Assembly (NCBI GenBank): GCA_963823665.1
Contig: CAWGMQ010000008.1
Coordinates: 1,152,001-1,216,000, forward strand
Direction: 5' to 3'
Source of the DNA: an uncultured Planctomycetota bacterium
GTDB taxonomy: Bacteria > Planctomycetota > Planctomycetia > Isosphaerales > Isosphaeraceae
DNA: 64,000 bases
Part shown: positions 30,571 through 41,300 of the stretch, one piece after another
Numbering within the stretch: the stretch's first letter is position 1
How the letters are laid out: every line of letters starts with the position of its first letter
Translations under genes and position numbers: made by a program
The notes under the pieces: model-generated
Seen by the model: only the letters and a program-made list of their open reading frames with translations
What the model was told of the DNA's origin: nothing
Databases searched by the model: none

Positions 30571-33500
30571 ATGGACGCTCATCCAACCTTGCATCCGACC
30601 GATCAGACGCTGAGCTCGTACGGACTCGGTAAGCTCGATGACCGGTCGGCAGACGTAGTGAACAAACATTTGGAGCAGTGCCCGGATTGTCGGAAACGGG
30701 TTTCCGAAATGTCGGCTGATAGTTTCCTAGAACGGGTCCGGGATGGACAGGAGCCTTCGGGCGATACGACGTTCGGCCAGTCGCTGCTTGGTGGGGCGCA
30801 GAGCGACAAGGGCGAGAGCCCTCAGGCCCCGCCTCCGGCAAGCACCCTTCCACCCGGCCTGGCTGAACATCCCGATTACGAGATCAAGCGAGAGCTCGGC
30901 CGTGGCGGGATGGGCGTGGTCTATCTGGCCCACAACAAAATGATGGGGCGCGACGAGGTGCTGAAGGTGATGAGCCGACAGATCATGGAGCGCCCCGGAG
31001 TGCTCGAACGATTTCTCCGCGAGATCCGGGTCGTGGCCAGGCTTCGGCACCCCAACATCGTGACGGCGTACCACGCCACGCGACTGCGCGAAAGTTTCGT
31101 GTTTGCGATGGAGTATGTCGAGGGTCTCGACCTGTCGAAAATGGTCAAGGCCAAGGGCGCAATGCCCGTCGCTCACGCGTGCAATTTCGTTTATCAGGCG
31201 GCGCTCGGGCTCCAGCACGCGCATGATGAAGGACTCGTCCACCGCGACATCAAGCCAGGCAACCTGATGCTCTCTCGAAAGGGAGGCAAGGCGATTGTCA
31301 AGGTCCTCGATTTCGGTCTGGCGAAGGCGACTCGCGAGGAGAAGGTCGACGACGCGTTGACCTCCGAAGGTCAGGCTCTAGGCACGCCCGACTATATTGC
31401 GCCCGAGCAAATCCTCGACGCGATGAGTGCTGATATCCGCGCCGACATCTACAGTCTCGGTGGCACGCTCTATTACCTTTTGGCCGGCCGCCCGCCGTTC
31501 CAGGCGAATTCGCTGTACGACATGTACCAGGCTCACATTTCGCGTGATGCCGACCTGCTGAACTTCGTACGCGCGGAGGTACCGTCAGAACTGGCGGCGC
31601 TCGTCGCTAAGATGATGGCGAAGGAGCCGGTGCGGCGGTTTCAGACCCCAGCGGACGTCGCTCGAGCACTTGCTCCATTCTTCAAGAGGGACGCGTTGCT
31701 TCCGGCGCCTCAGACGTTTGAGAAATCCCGCTCGATGCCCGAAGTCGAACCGAAGCTGGATTCTCGCCCGGGCGCCACGCCGGGGCATTCCGCTGCTCGG
31801 GCTGCGGTCTCACGCCCGCGAGAAGACGCGGCACCGAAGCAGCGCGACGGCAACGTGGCGTGGGAAAGGTTGATTCAGATCGCGGACGATGAACCGCTCA
31901 TCGAGCTGGAAATACCCAAGCCGGCGAAGTCAGCAGCCAGGAATGTACCGAGCAGGAGGCAGCCGGGCGAGGAATGGCGCGTGGCACTTGCGGCCGCCGC
32001 ATTCGCCGTGGCGGCGCTCGGCGTGATCGTCATCACGATCACGACAAGAAACGGACAGACGAAGATCACAGCAAAGGACGACGTGCCATTCAAGATTGAA
32101 ACGCCAGATGTAAGCGTGGAGCACACGCCGGAGCACACCGCCACATCGTCGCGCGCTTCGACCACCCCAAAGGAGTCAAATGGCATGATCCCTCGCAGTG
32201 GCGAGCCGGCGCGAAACGCTTGGGTCAATCTTTTCAACGGAAAGGACCTCGATGGCTGGGAGAAGAGGCCCGAATATGGGGGAGGCGAATGGAACGTGAC
32301 CGACGGTGTCCTGGAGGGCGGAGGATCGGCCGAAGGCCATGCAACCCTTGTGACGAAGCGGCGTGACTTTAGGGATTTCCGGCTGCGAGTTACATTGATG
32401 TATAAAGAACCTTTAGGGACAGGGCACATCCAATTGCGACGGTCCGAAGCGGCTGGAAAGTGGTATGGATACCTGGTCACGGACGGCGGTTGGTGGAACG
32501 TAAGGCAGGACGGGCAGCGACAGATCGCCGACCAGGGTTGGTTCCCCGCTATTGGAAGTGTCGCCAAGCACGGCGGGCGCGGCGTCTACGGGCCCTGGGC
32601 TCTGCTCTCCAAGCCAGTACCCTACACGTCCCCGCACTGGAACGTTATCGAGGTTACGACTCTGACAAATCGGATATCTACAACGGTTAATGCAATCACG
32701 GTCTCAGAATATGTGGACGACGACGAACCCCACGCCTCGGGCAGTATCGCACTGGTTTGCAATGGAACCTGGAACGTCCGAATTCGGTCGGTGGAAATCC
32801 AGGAAATTAGGCCTCTCGCGTCCGGTGGCAGCGATGCCGCGCCCATCGGTACGGTAAATGGTTCCGTCGGAACAGAGATGGGCAGCCCACAGGTGCCACG
32901 CGCCGACCATGACCGCCGAGTAGTCGCAGTACCGAAGCCGGAATTTGGTCGTGACCCTGTTCAAAGGAAACCGTCCTACGCGTCAGAGCCGGAAGGACCC
33001 ATGGGTGAGAAGGTAAGGAGTCACGGCAAGGCGAGCGCTTTGGATGGGAGCACCGACACCCGAGAAAAGCGTCCTCAGCCCGCCAATCCAGATATCGAGC
33101 GCAGGCTCGAGCAACTGAGAAGACAGGCTGTCGCTCGCATGCTGCACCATATTGAGGTGTTCAGCGAGGCGTATACAGATATAAGCGGGCGCGCCTGGGC
33201 TTATCAAAACTGCTTCCGGGATTTTCAGCCAAGACTCCAAGGGCTGGTCGCGACCATGGAAGCGGGCACAATTCCGGTTGATGAGATGCAAAGCCTAAGC
33301 GTTGAGATGAAGAACCGTAACATATATCTTCTCATGATGTCTGGTTTCGAATCACCCCAGGCCGAGGGGAGAGCCCCTATGGCATGGAAAGACTACGGAC
33401 CGGCGGTTAGAGATCTAGAATGGACGATTTCACAGTTTGGGCAACTGAACCAACAGAACACCCAAGGTGTTGATCCATTTCGAGCCGGTTCAGTGTGGAC

Positions 33501-33789
33501 AAGCGAAGGCGGACAACGCCCACGAACGGTGCTCCTGGTTCTGGAGCGGTCCGGCGAGCGATTCAAAGGCAGGTTTGTGACTTCCGATGAGCCGTTGCGA
33601 TTCTTGGAAATCACCGGGACCATCCGCGACCGGCGGGTCTCATGGCTAGGAAAAGATGTGGTTGCAAAAGTGCCGGTGCAGGCTCCAGACCAGTCCGGGT
33701 TAATGAATGGCGAAGTGATAAACATGGAGTGGTCCGGCAACGGCTTACCTGATTCCGGCCGGTATGTGTTGCGACTCTGGAAGGATTAG
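30571..33789 (+). CDS. Kinase K3: zf-HC2 + Ser/Thr kinase + TM + DUF1080-like + unknown C-terminal domains
   Basis: HLEQCPDC; full kinase motifs; WVNLFNGKDLDGW. Confidence 0.92.
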   Translation: MDAHPTLHPTDQTLSSYGLGKLDDRSADVVNKHLEQCPDCRKRVSEMSADSFLERVRDGQEPSGDTTFGQSLLGGAQSDKGESPQAPPPASTLPPGLAEHPDYEIKRELGRGGMGVVYLAHNKMMGRDEVLKVMSRQIMERPGVLERFLREIRVVARLRHPNIVTAYHATRLRESFVFAMEYVEGLDLSKMVKAKGAMPVAHACNFVYQAALGLQHAHDEGLVHRDIKPGNLMLSRKGGKAIVKVLDFGLAKATREEKVDDALTSEGQALGTPDYIAPEQILDAMSADIRADIYSLGGTLYYLLAGRPPFQANSLYDMYQAHISRDADLLNFVRAEVPSELAALVAKMMAKEPVRRFQTPADVARALAPFFKRDALLPAPQTFEKSRSMPEVEPKLDSRPGATPGHSAARAAVSRPREDAAPKQRDGNVAWERLIQIADDEPLIELEIPKPAKSAARNVPSRRQPGEEWRVALAAAAFAVAALGVIVITITTRNGQTKITAKDDVPFKIETPDVSVEHTPEHTATSSRASTTPKESNGMIPRSGEPARNAWVNLFNGKDLDGWEKRPEYGGGEWNVTDGVLEGGGSAEGHATLVTKRRDFRDFRLRVTLMYKEPLGTGHIQLRRSEAAGKWYGYLVTDGGWWNVRQDGQRQIADQGWFPAIGSVAKHGGRGVYGPWALLSKPVPYTSPHWNVIEVTTLTNRISTTVNAITVSEYVDDDEPHASGSIALVCNGTWNVRIRSVEIQEIRPLASGGSDAAPIGTVNGSVGTEMGSPQVPRADHDRRVVAVPKPEFGRDPVQRKPSYASEPEGPMGEKVRSHGKASALDGSTDTREKRPQPANPDIERRLEQLRRQAVARMLHHIEVFSEAYTDISGRAWAYQNCFRDFQPRLQGLVATMEAGTIPVDEMQSLSVEMKNRNIYLLMMSGFESPQAEGRAPMAWKDYGPAVRDLEWTISQFGQLNQQNTQGVDPFRAGSVWTSEGGQRPRTVLLVLERSGERFKGRFVTSDEPLRFLEITGTIRDRRVSWLGKDVVAKVPVQAPDQSGLMNGEVINMEWSGNGLPDSGRYVLRLWKD

Positions 33790-33857
33790 GTATCGCTGTT
33801 CACTGATAGAAACCCGATTCGTAAATCGCTGGAGTTCTTAATTGTCGCCGATCACCG

Positions 33858-34487
33858 ATGGAACGCACGTCGAGATTGATCCCGCTGCACGCGGGATCGG
33901 GGCCCTTGTGCCTGAGGTCACGGGGCTCGAGATCGTCGCGAAGGCGCCGCCGCCGGCGCACGGCGATTATTGGGTTTATCACTCCGGCGGACCTCAAGCA
34001 TAAGCGCCAGCGGATTGACCGGCTTGATGGGCCGACACTCTTCAATCGACTCATGCGCCGCATTGGCACACTCGCCGAAGGTTATTGCTCCATTCCCGAT
34101 GGGACTCCTCAGCCTGATTACAAAGCCCTGGCCGCAATGGCCGAACAGGTTGTCGTTCGCGAACAAGATGTGCGGCTGCGTGAGTGGGAACGGTTGAGCG
34201 TGCGGCGGGGGATCAAGCATCCGCTGGCTGGGCTGTCTGGGCGGGCACTGGTTACTAATATCGCTGAGCCGCTCTGGCCTTATCTTATCGTTGGGCAGTG
34301 GGTGCATGTCGCGAAGGCGGCTAGCTTTGGGCAGGGGCGGTATTTGGTGGCGCTTCAGCATGAGGATGCGGGAAGGCTGGTGGACGGAGCGGGTCAGGGT
34401 TGTTGTGAGGCGAGCGCCATCGCGCCTGTCGTCAGGCCGCGGCAGGATAGTCCGGGGGTGCTTTCGAGACGGCGGGCGCGGGGATGA
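33858..34487 (+). pseudogene. cas6: Cas6 C-terminal half, 5'-truncated (Cas6-like part about 33969-34350)
   Basis: IGFITP, LMRRIGTL, WERLS.R, G-rich loop GQWVHVAKAASFGQGRY. Confidence 0.8.
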
Positions 34488-34651
34488 TAGATAAGATGAT
34501 TGAAAATGCGGGCGCTGGCGCTGGCGATCGGGATAGTTCGCGGCCGAATTGAGAACCGTGCGCTGGCTGAAATCAGCCAGGTGCTTTGGGCTGGTCGGAC
34601 GGGTGCTTTCTACTCTCGGGAGGCCTTCGGTCGCGATCAGGGGGAACGGGA

Positions 34652-34683
34652 ATGCCCCTTCGCGGAGCGACGGGCGACAATGG
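34652..34683 (+). repeat. REP-like hairpin, copy 1
   Basis: ATGCCCCTTCGCGGAGCGACGGGCGACAATGG; second copy at 35837. Confidence 0.75.
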
Positions 34684-34739
34684 CGTGTACGGACGCGGAA
34701 AGCGGAATCGAATGCCGCAGGCAGCGCCGTTTGCTGACG

Positions 34740-35286
34740 TCAGAGCACTTCGTCGACCGCGACGACGAGGCCCGGCAGGGCGGCGATGTCGGTGCTTTGA
34801 CCACGCTGTAGCACGCCGCGTTTCCTGATAAGTGCCGTCCGGCCGTGGGCCGCGGTAAACTTCCAGGCAGTTGTCGCGGAGGTTGGCGATCCAGAATTCC
34901 TGGATGCCCGACTCCGCGTAGAGAGGCCGCATGATGTTCCGGTCGTCATCCAGCGATGAGTCGGACACCTCGACGACCAGGAAGATGTCAGCGGGCTCAG
35001 GATGCCTGGTCAGATATCGTTCTTTGGGGGGACGCACCAGGGAGATATCCGGCTCCGGCTCACTGTCGGGAAGGCGAATCGGATCTTGGATGCCGGCGAT
35101 CGCCCTGTCGGCTGCCCGCTGCGTGAGGAGTTGGTTGAACGCTTTGACACAAGTTGAATGCCTAGGTCCGATGGCCATCTTGGGAACGATCTCCCCCCGG
35201 ATGAGTTCCACCTGGTCTCTCTCGGTGAGGGCGCCGAGCCGGATCATCTCCTCGTAGTCGTCGACGGAGTACTTGGTAATGGCCAT
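34740..35286 (-). CDS. Uma2 (DUF820) PD-(D/E)XK endonuclease (frameshift near 34815-34820)
   Basis: YSVDDYEEM, VELIRGEI, EPEPDI, LVVEVSDSSL, YAESGIQEFWI; tail LPGLVVAVDEVL in shifted frame. Confidence 0.88.
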
Positions 35287-35412
35287 GAGCGGCTCCAGAC
35301 GCTGGGGAATGCCTGCGCCGTCCCGGTCGGCAAAGGCGCATTCCATTTTAGTCGTCGCACCGAGCAAGGGCGACATCAAAGCTGATAGTGCCGACGACAC
35401 ACACGTTGAAAC

Positions 35413-35674
35413 CCGCTGGCTGGGCTGACCGGACGCGCACTCGTCACCAATATCGCTGAGCCGCTCTGGCCTTATCTTGTCGTTGGGCAGTGGGTGCATG
35501 TCGGTAAGGCCGCTAGCTTTGGACAAGGGCGGTATTTGGTGGGCTTCAGCATGAGGATGCGGGGAAGCTGATGAACGTCGCCGGTCAGGGTTGTTGTGAG
35601 GCGAGTTCCAACGCGCCGGTCAATGTGGCGCGGCAGAATAGTCCGGGGCTGCTTTCGAGACGGCGGGCACGGGG
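35413..35674 (+). repeat. Direct repeat of 34221-34483 carrying a second cas6 3' fragment
   Basis: PLAGLTGRALVTNIAEPLWPYLVVGQWVHVGKAASFGQGRY plus shared downstream sequence. Confidence 0.88.
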
Positions 35675-35836
35675 GCAGTAGTTGATTTGGAACGCGTCAG
35701 ATGATCCGTCCGGGCAGTATCAGACTCCGTGCTGGCTGATGTGGGCCAGGTGGTTATTGTGTCGGTTCTCCCTCCGCCCAGGCCCCCACGGCCGCCTGCG
35801 GCGGCACCTCCCCGACAAGGGCGGGAGGAATGCCTG

Positions 35837-35868
35837 ATGCCCCTTCGCGGAGCGAAGGGCGACAATGG
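35837..35868 (+). repeat. REP-like hairpin, copy 2
   Basis: Perfect 8-bp stem CCCTTCGC-GGA-GCGAAGGG. Confidence 0.75.
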
Positions 35869-35876
35869 GCTCGTCT

Positions 35877-36730
35877 GTTCCCTTAGTCCTTACTGAGTAA
35901 GGTCGCGCGACAAATGTTCAAAACGAACTCGGGCCTGCGTGGAGGACGGAGGACGCAGGACGGAGGACGCCAGGCGATCGTGCGTGGGGGGCGGGAGGAG
36001 ACCTTCGGTCCCGCTCTGGGGGCGGGGTCAGAGACCCGCGCCCAACAAGAGCTTGAGGGCGGAGGGCGGAGGAATCTCACTCGAAATGGACGAATACCAC
36101 ATCTTCGGCGCAAATGGATCGGGGGTTTTGTAGATCATCTAGATAAGAGCCGTGAGTGCGCACGGCGGAGCGGCGCGAAGCAGCAGGGGGGTCAATACGT
36201 CAGGCTGAAAGCCTGACCTACTTTCGAGGACTGAACATGATTCCAACTTTATTGAGCGGCCTTCAACAGGCGATCGCAGGTGGCGATTGGCCGCACTCGA
36301 GAACGGGCGATTTACACTGGTGTACGAATGCATGAGACCCTCGAAAAAGCGCCACTTTGCGCCACAATCCGCCATGTGTGAATGGCCGTAAACGGCGGGC
36401 GATGCCGATCCACAAGTGATATGGGCGCCAAGGGATAAGATGTGATCTCTATGCCGTCTGACGATCGAAAAGACCTCGTGGCGCTGGTCAGCGCAAAAGC
36501 GCCACCTTGAATCTCTTGAGTTGTTCACTATGTTTTCGGACGCCCCGGAAGCGTTTCAGCGAGCCGCAATGTCGTATTGGAAACTCGAGGTAATGCTTCG
36601 GAAACGGTGCCGTTGGGCTCAGTCCTTTTGGCCTTTCAAGCCGCGGAGGGGGATTTGATGAACAACTTCGAGAACGATTGGCGGGATGGATTGAGAAAAG
36701 GTTCCTCGCTGGCGCTTCGGGTTGGTGTGC
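35877..36730 (+). repeat. Long repeat unit, copy A
   Basis: Colinear with 37065-37990; core also at 36765-37000. Confidence 0.9.
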
Positions 36731-36764
36731 CGAAGCACCTCCCCCACGGAGCGGGGCGGAATAC

Positions 36765-37000
36765 GTAAATGGACGAATTCCACATCTTGTTGGCAAATGG
36801 AACGGGGGGTTTGTAGATCATTTAGGGTAGGAGCACGCGGTGCGCCGGCGGGGCGGCGCACGAAGCAGGCGGTCAATACGTCTGGCTGAAAGCCTGAGCT
36901 ACTTTCGAGGACTGATCATGATTCCAACTTCGTTGAGCAGTTTTCAACAGGCGACGGTTGATGGCCATTGGCCGCTTCTGAAAACGGGTAATTTACACCG
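36765..37000 (+). repeat. Long repeat unit, partial diverged copy B
   Basis: AAATGGACGAAT.CCACATCTT...GGCTGAAAGCCTGA.CTACTTTCGAGGACTGA.CATGATTCCAACTT shared with A and C. Confidence 0.85.
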
Positions 37001-37064
37001 GCGTCGCGGGCAAGGTTTCGGCTTCGAGTTCGGCCCATCGCTCGCGCATATACCGAGCGAGTGC

Positions 37065-37990
37065 GTTCCCGTAGTCCTTGTGGCGTAAGGATGCGCGACG
37101 AATGTACAAAACGAACGAGCATCAGGACGGAGGGCGGAGCACGAAGCGAGGAGGGCGCAGGGCGGCGGAACTGAGGCGATCGTGCGTGGGGGGCGGAGGG
37201 AGACCTTCGGTCCCGCTCTCGGGGCGGGGCCAGAGACCCGCGCCCAACAAGAGCTTGACGGCGGAGGGCGGAGGAATCTCACTCGAAATGGACGAATACC
37301 ACATCTTCGGCGCAAAAGGATCGGGGGTTTTGTAGATCATCTAGATAAGAGCCGTGAGTGCGCGCGGTGGGTCGGCGCCGAAGCAGGCGGTCAATACGTC
37401 AGGCTGAAAGCCTGACCTACTTTTGAGGACGGAACATGATTCCAACTTTATTGAGCGGCCTTCAACAGGCGATCGCAGGTGGCGATTGGCCGCACTTGAG
37501 AACGGGCGATTTACACCGGTGTACGAATGCTTGAGCACCCTCCAAAGAGCGCCACTTTGCGCCACAATGCGCCATTCATCGAAGGGCATAGATGGCGGGC
37601 GAATTCGCCCCACAAGTCGAATGGAGATAAGGGTCTATGAAATGATTGCGATGCCTTCTAACGATCAAAAAGACCTCGTGGCGCTGCTCAGCGCAAAACG
37701 CCGCCGCGAATCTCTCGTGCTGTTCACTATGTTTCGGACCCCGAAGGCGCTCCCGTCGGACACCCGGACCGGTGCATCGCGCAAACAGGGCGAGTGGCAT
37801 CGGAAACCGCAGGCGGAAACCCAAGCTGCGGAAACTCAAGCTGCGGAAACCCAAGGCGTTGCTTTGGAAACCCAAGGCGGTGCCGTTGGGCTGAGTTGTT
37901 ATGACCTTTCAGGCCTCGGAGCGGATTGTCAGGAAGAACCGTCGGGGTGGATTGAGGAGTGGTTCCTCGCTGGCGCTTCGGGTTCGTGTG
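37065..37990 (+). repeat. Long repeat unit, copy C
   Basis: Long identical stretches with copy A. Confidence 0.9.
37813..37857 (+). repeat. 15-bp tandem repeat x3
   Basis: GCGGAAACCCAAGCT / GCGGAAACTCAAGCT / GCGGAAACCCAAGGC. Confidence 0.85.
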
Positions 37991-38389
37991 CGCTCGCGAA
38001 CGGTGATCAATCCGGCGTGCTGCCTCGCTGGCGCTTCGGGTTGGTGTGGCGGAACGGCGCGTTGGTCGACGGCGCTCCGGCCGGTCACGTCGCATCGCCA
38101 AATCAGCGTCAGGTTTCCACCACGCGAGTTCGAGGCTCCTTGGCCATGACTAAAGTTGCGATTCGCGGTAGACTCCCGCGTCGACTCTGCGGGTCGGACC
38201 GACCGTACGGATTTTTCCGGATATTACGTCAAGTCGAGCGAGCGGTCGGCCGATCGAAGAACGATACACGGTCAAATCCAGACCTGGCGCAGCGTCCTGC
38301 GCCGGGTGACTGGAGGCGATCTTAACCTACCATGCCTTGATCTGCACGGATGCGGATCAGGTGCGGGCTGGGTGTCCTTGATCGAAGGA

Positions 38390-41300
38390 ATGCCCCCGGA
38401 CCGATGCGCAAGGATTCGGCGCAACGTCTTCCTGGTGTTGATTTTGCTCCTTGAAGGTGCAACCGCCGCGATTGCGCGTCAAGATCCCGAACCGAAGAGC
38501 GGTCCAGTCACCGGAGATTGCGTTCGCTTGACCGTCGAAGTGGTCTGGAGCACCTCGAAACCCGACGCAGATCCGTCCCAAGACACGAATACAACTCGCG
38601 AACCAGCAGCCGGGACTGAAGTGATGCTTGAAGTTACGAACGGACGGGTGATTGAGGTGATGAACTGGCCGCCGCCAAACTGGGCGCGGGGCGGCGATGG
38701 CGGGGGCGAATCGCTAGCGAGCAGTCCGATGCCGGCTTCGAAAGGGATGTGGAGTCTGGGCAAGCGAGGCGAGGGGCGGGTGCGGGCCCGGATCGAGGCG
38801 GCGGTGGACGCGAACCTGGTGTTGCGAAGCGATGATCAGGCGATCGGGATGCCGCTCGCGGCCGTGCTCGAGCGTCCGCAGCGCACGCCGCCGCAGTCGC
38901 GGCTGGTGGTGACGGTCGAGCGGCTTCCATGGGATTCGATCGTCATCGATCTGGGAGAATCGGCGCGTGACGGGGTCGTTGCGCCTGGGGCGGTGGTGCC
39001 GGTGTCCGTGGGGTACAACATCATCTGGCCGGAGGCGAGCGAAGTCAGCGTGCGGACGACGGCCGTGCTGCGGCCGCTGGCTGGGGGGGAAGTCCTGTGG
39101 CGCGATGAGCCGCGGGAGGTTGTGCCGGCGAATATGGCCGAGCCGCCATCACGAATCTGGAATGTTCGCGCGCCGTGCGCGGAGGGGACGTACGTGCTGG
39201 AGATCCGGTCGATGTGGGAGCCGGCGACAGCCCGCGACGGATCGCGGCTGGCTCGTTTGATCCGGCGCCGTCGGCCGAGTGCCGTCGCCACCTCGGCGGT
39301 GCGCCGGGTTGCGTTCACGGTGGTCGATCCCGAAGCGCGGGTCGGTGGCATCGCGGTCGAAGGCTCTACACGCGATACCGAGGTAGATTCGGTTGATCTG
39401 TCGCGGTCGCGAAGCCACCGCCCGATTGCCACCGGGCGGGCACCGCTGGCCGGGCCGGGGCGAGCGGAGTGGCCGGTGCCTGCGGAAGCGCTGATCGAGC
39501 CCTCGCGGCGCGATCGATTGCGGGGGTGGTTCACGCGCAACGGCGGGGAGGCGGCGAAGCTCGACGCCGCGGATGCGGGCGGTCTGGCATGGACAGCGCT
39601 TGGGCTCAAGGTCACACGGCCTGACCGCCCTCATCGTCTGAAGGTGCAGATCACGGGTGGCGAACCGTCGGCCCTGGGAGTGGCGCTGGTGGAAACAAAC
39701 AGCGGCGCTCCGGCCTCTGTGCCAAATGGCGGAAGCGCAGTCGTTTCGCCTCCGCGGTTGGTGCTGGATGCGTGCGCTTCCGGGCCGCCGATCTTGCAGG
39801 ATGGGCCGCCGGCGTACTTCGAGTGGCTGGTCTTCCCGCGGTCGGCGGATCTGGTGCTTGTGATGGTCAATCGCAGTCCGGAAGCCGAGGTGCGGGCGGG
39901 CGCGATCACGCTCACCGAAATCGAAGATGCGGGGGCACCGGCGTCGGGACCGCTACGAGTGGCGCGCGGACTGGGGCTGTATCTGACGGGGTCCGACGCC
40001 CTCGATCGATTCGGCAGTCGCCTTGGCTCGAATGACCCGTTGCGAATGGCTCAGAACCTGGTCAAGTACATGGGATATTGCGGCGCCACGGCGGCCGTGG
40101 TACCCGAGGAGTTGACCGAGAGGGACGCGCGCCGGAGCCTCTTCGGGCAAGCGGATGAAGATTCGACTCGACCGGACCGGGTGGAGGTGGTGCGGCGCGT
40201 TCTCGCACGGCAAGGGTATTCTCTGTGGCTCGAGCTGGGGTTCGACGGGCACAACTCGCTGCCGGGGCTGCCGCCGGCCGATTCGGCTGAGGCTTTGCGC
40301 CGGGGATTGGTCCGGCTCGACAGCCAGGGGCGGGCGGATTCGGCGGTCTATCATCCGCTGCATCCGGACGTACGTGGCGCGATGAAGCAGCGCGTAACCA
40401 ATGCTATGAACCAGCTCAAGCCGAGCGAGCCGGGCGGCGGTTCAGGCGGGCTGGTGATTCGACTGGGGCCGGGACCGACCCTGCTGGGCACGCCCGACAC
40501 GGGGGTCGACGACGCGACCTATCGTAAGTTCATTCACGACACGATCGGTCCGGGGGCCACGCGCGAGATGCCGATCCCGGGCGTGGAGAGCACGGATCCC
40601 GGTCGATTCGCGAAACGATCGCGGTATCTGGCGGGGGTCGGACGGATGCCGTGGCTCACGTGGCGAACGAAGGAGATTGCCGCGCTTTACGCCGAGTTGA
40701 ACGATGCGGTGCATGCGATTTCTCCCTCGGCGAGCCTGGCCGTTGTGACACCGGGGCTGGACGGCGGCCCGGCGGGGGACGAGGCGAGGCGAGTGGACCG
40801 AGCGGCCCTGCCGCCGAGTCAGTCGTGGCGCAGCGTCGGGCTCGATCTCAAGCAGTGGCCGAGTGGTCCCGTCTCGCCGCTGGTCGTGCGGGGGACGGCG
40901 CTGTCGAACGAAGCGCTCTCGCATGACCTGGCGATGAGCCCTGATCTCGACTCGCTGGTCGCGTCGCGTCCGCATCGCGGAATGCTGCTGGCAATTGGCC
41001 GTGAAGGTGGGTCGGACGATCTCGGCGGTCGATCGCCGGGGCCGGAGCTACCTGAGGACCTGGCGACTGCGACGAACACGGTGGTTTCCTTGCAGGGGCT
41101 GCGGCTGGGCGCGCTGCCGCTGGGAGACGGCCCGGCGGCGGACGAGCCGCTCGGGCATGCACTTGCCGCTCTCGATTCGCGGTGGGTGTTCCTCGCCGAG
41201 AAGGCCGCCGCGGGCCAGGAAGAGCGGCTGCGCCGGTTCGCGCGCGTGCTCGGCGCGCTGCCGGCGAAGGAGGGGCCGGCCGACGCCTTGGCCAACGCGA

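Noticed and set aside
34221..37990. Apparent 1.19-kb periodicity (34221/35413, 34652/35837, 35877/37065)
   Set aside because: The two duplications involve different sequences and do not form a continuous tandem array; probably coincidence
33790..38100. CRISPR array near the cas6 fragments
   Set aside because: No regularly spaced 25-45 bp repeats with unique spacers; the GGAAAC repeats are head-to-tail 15-mers
37423..38325. 300-aa ORF across repeat copy C
   Set aside because: Built from REP and tandem repeats; frame is not preserved in copy A
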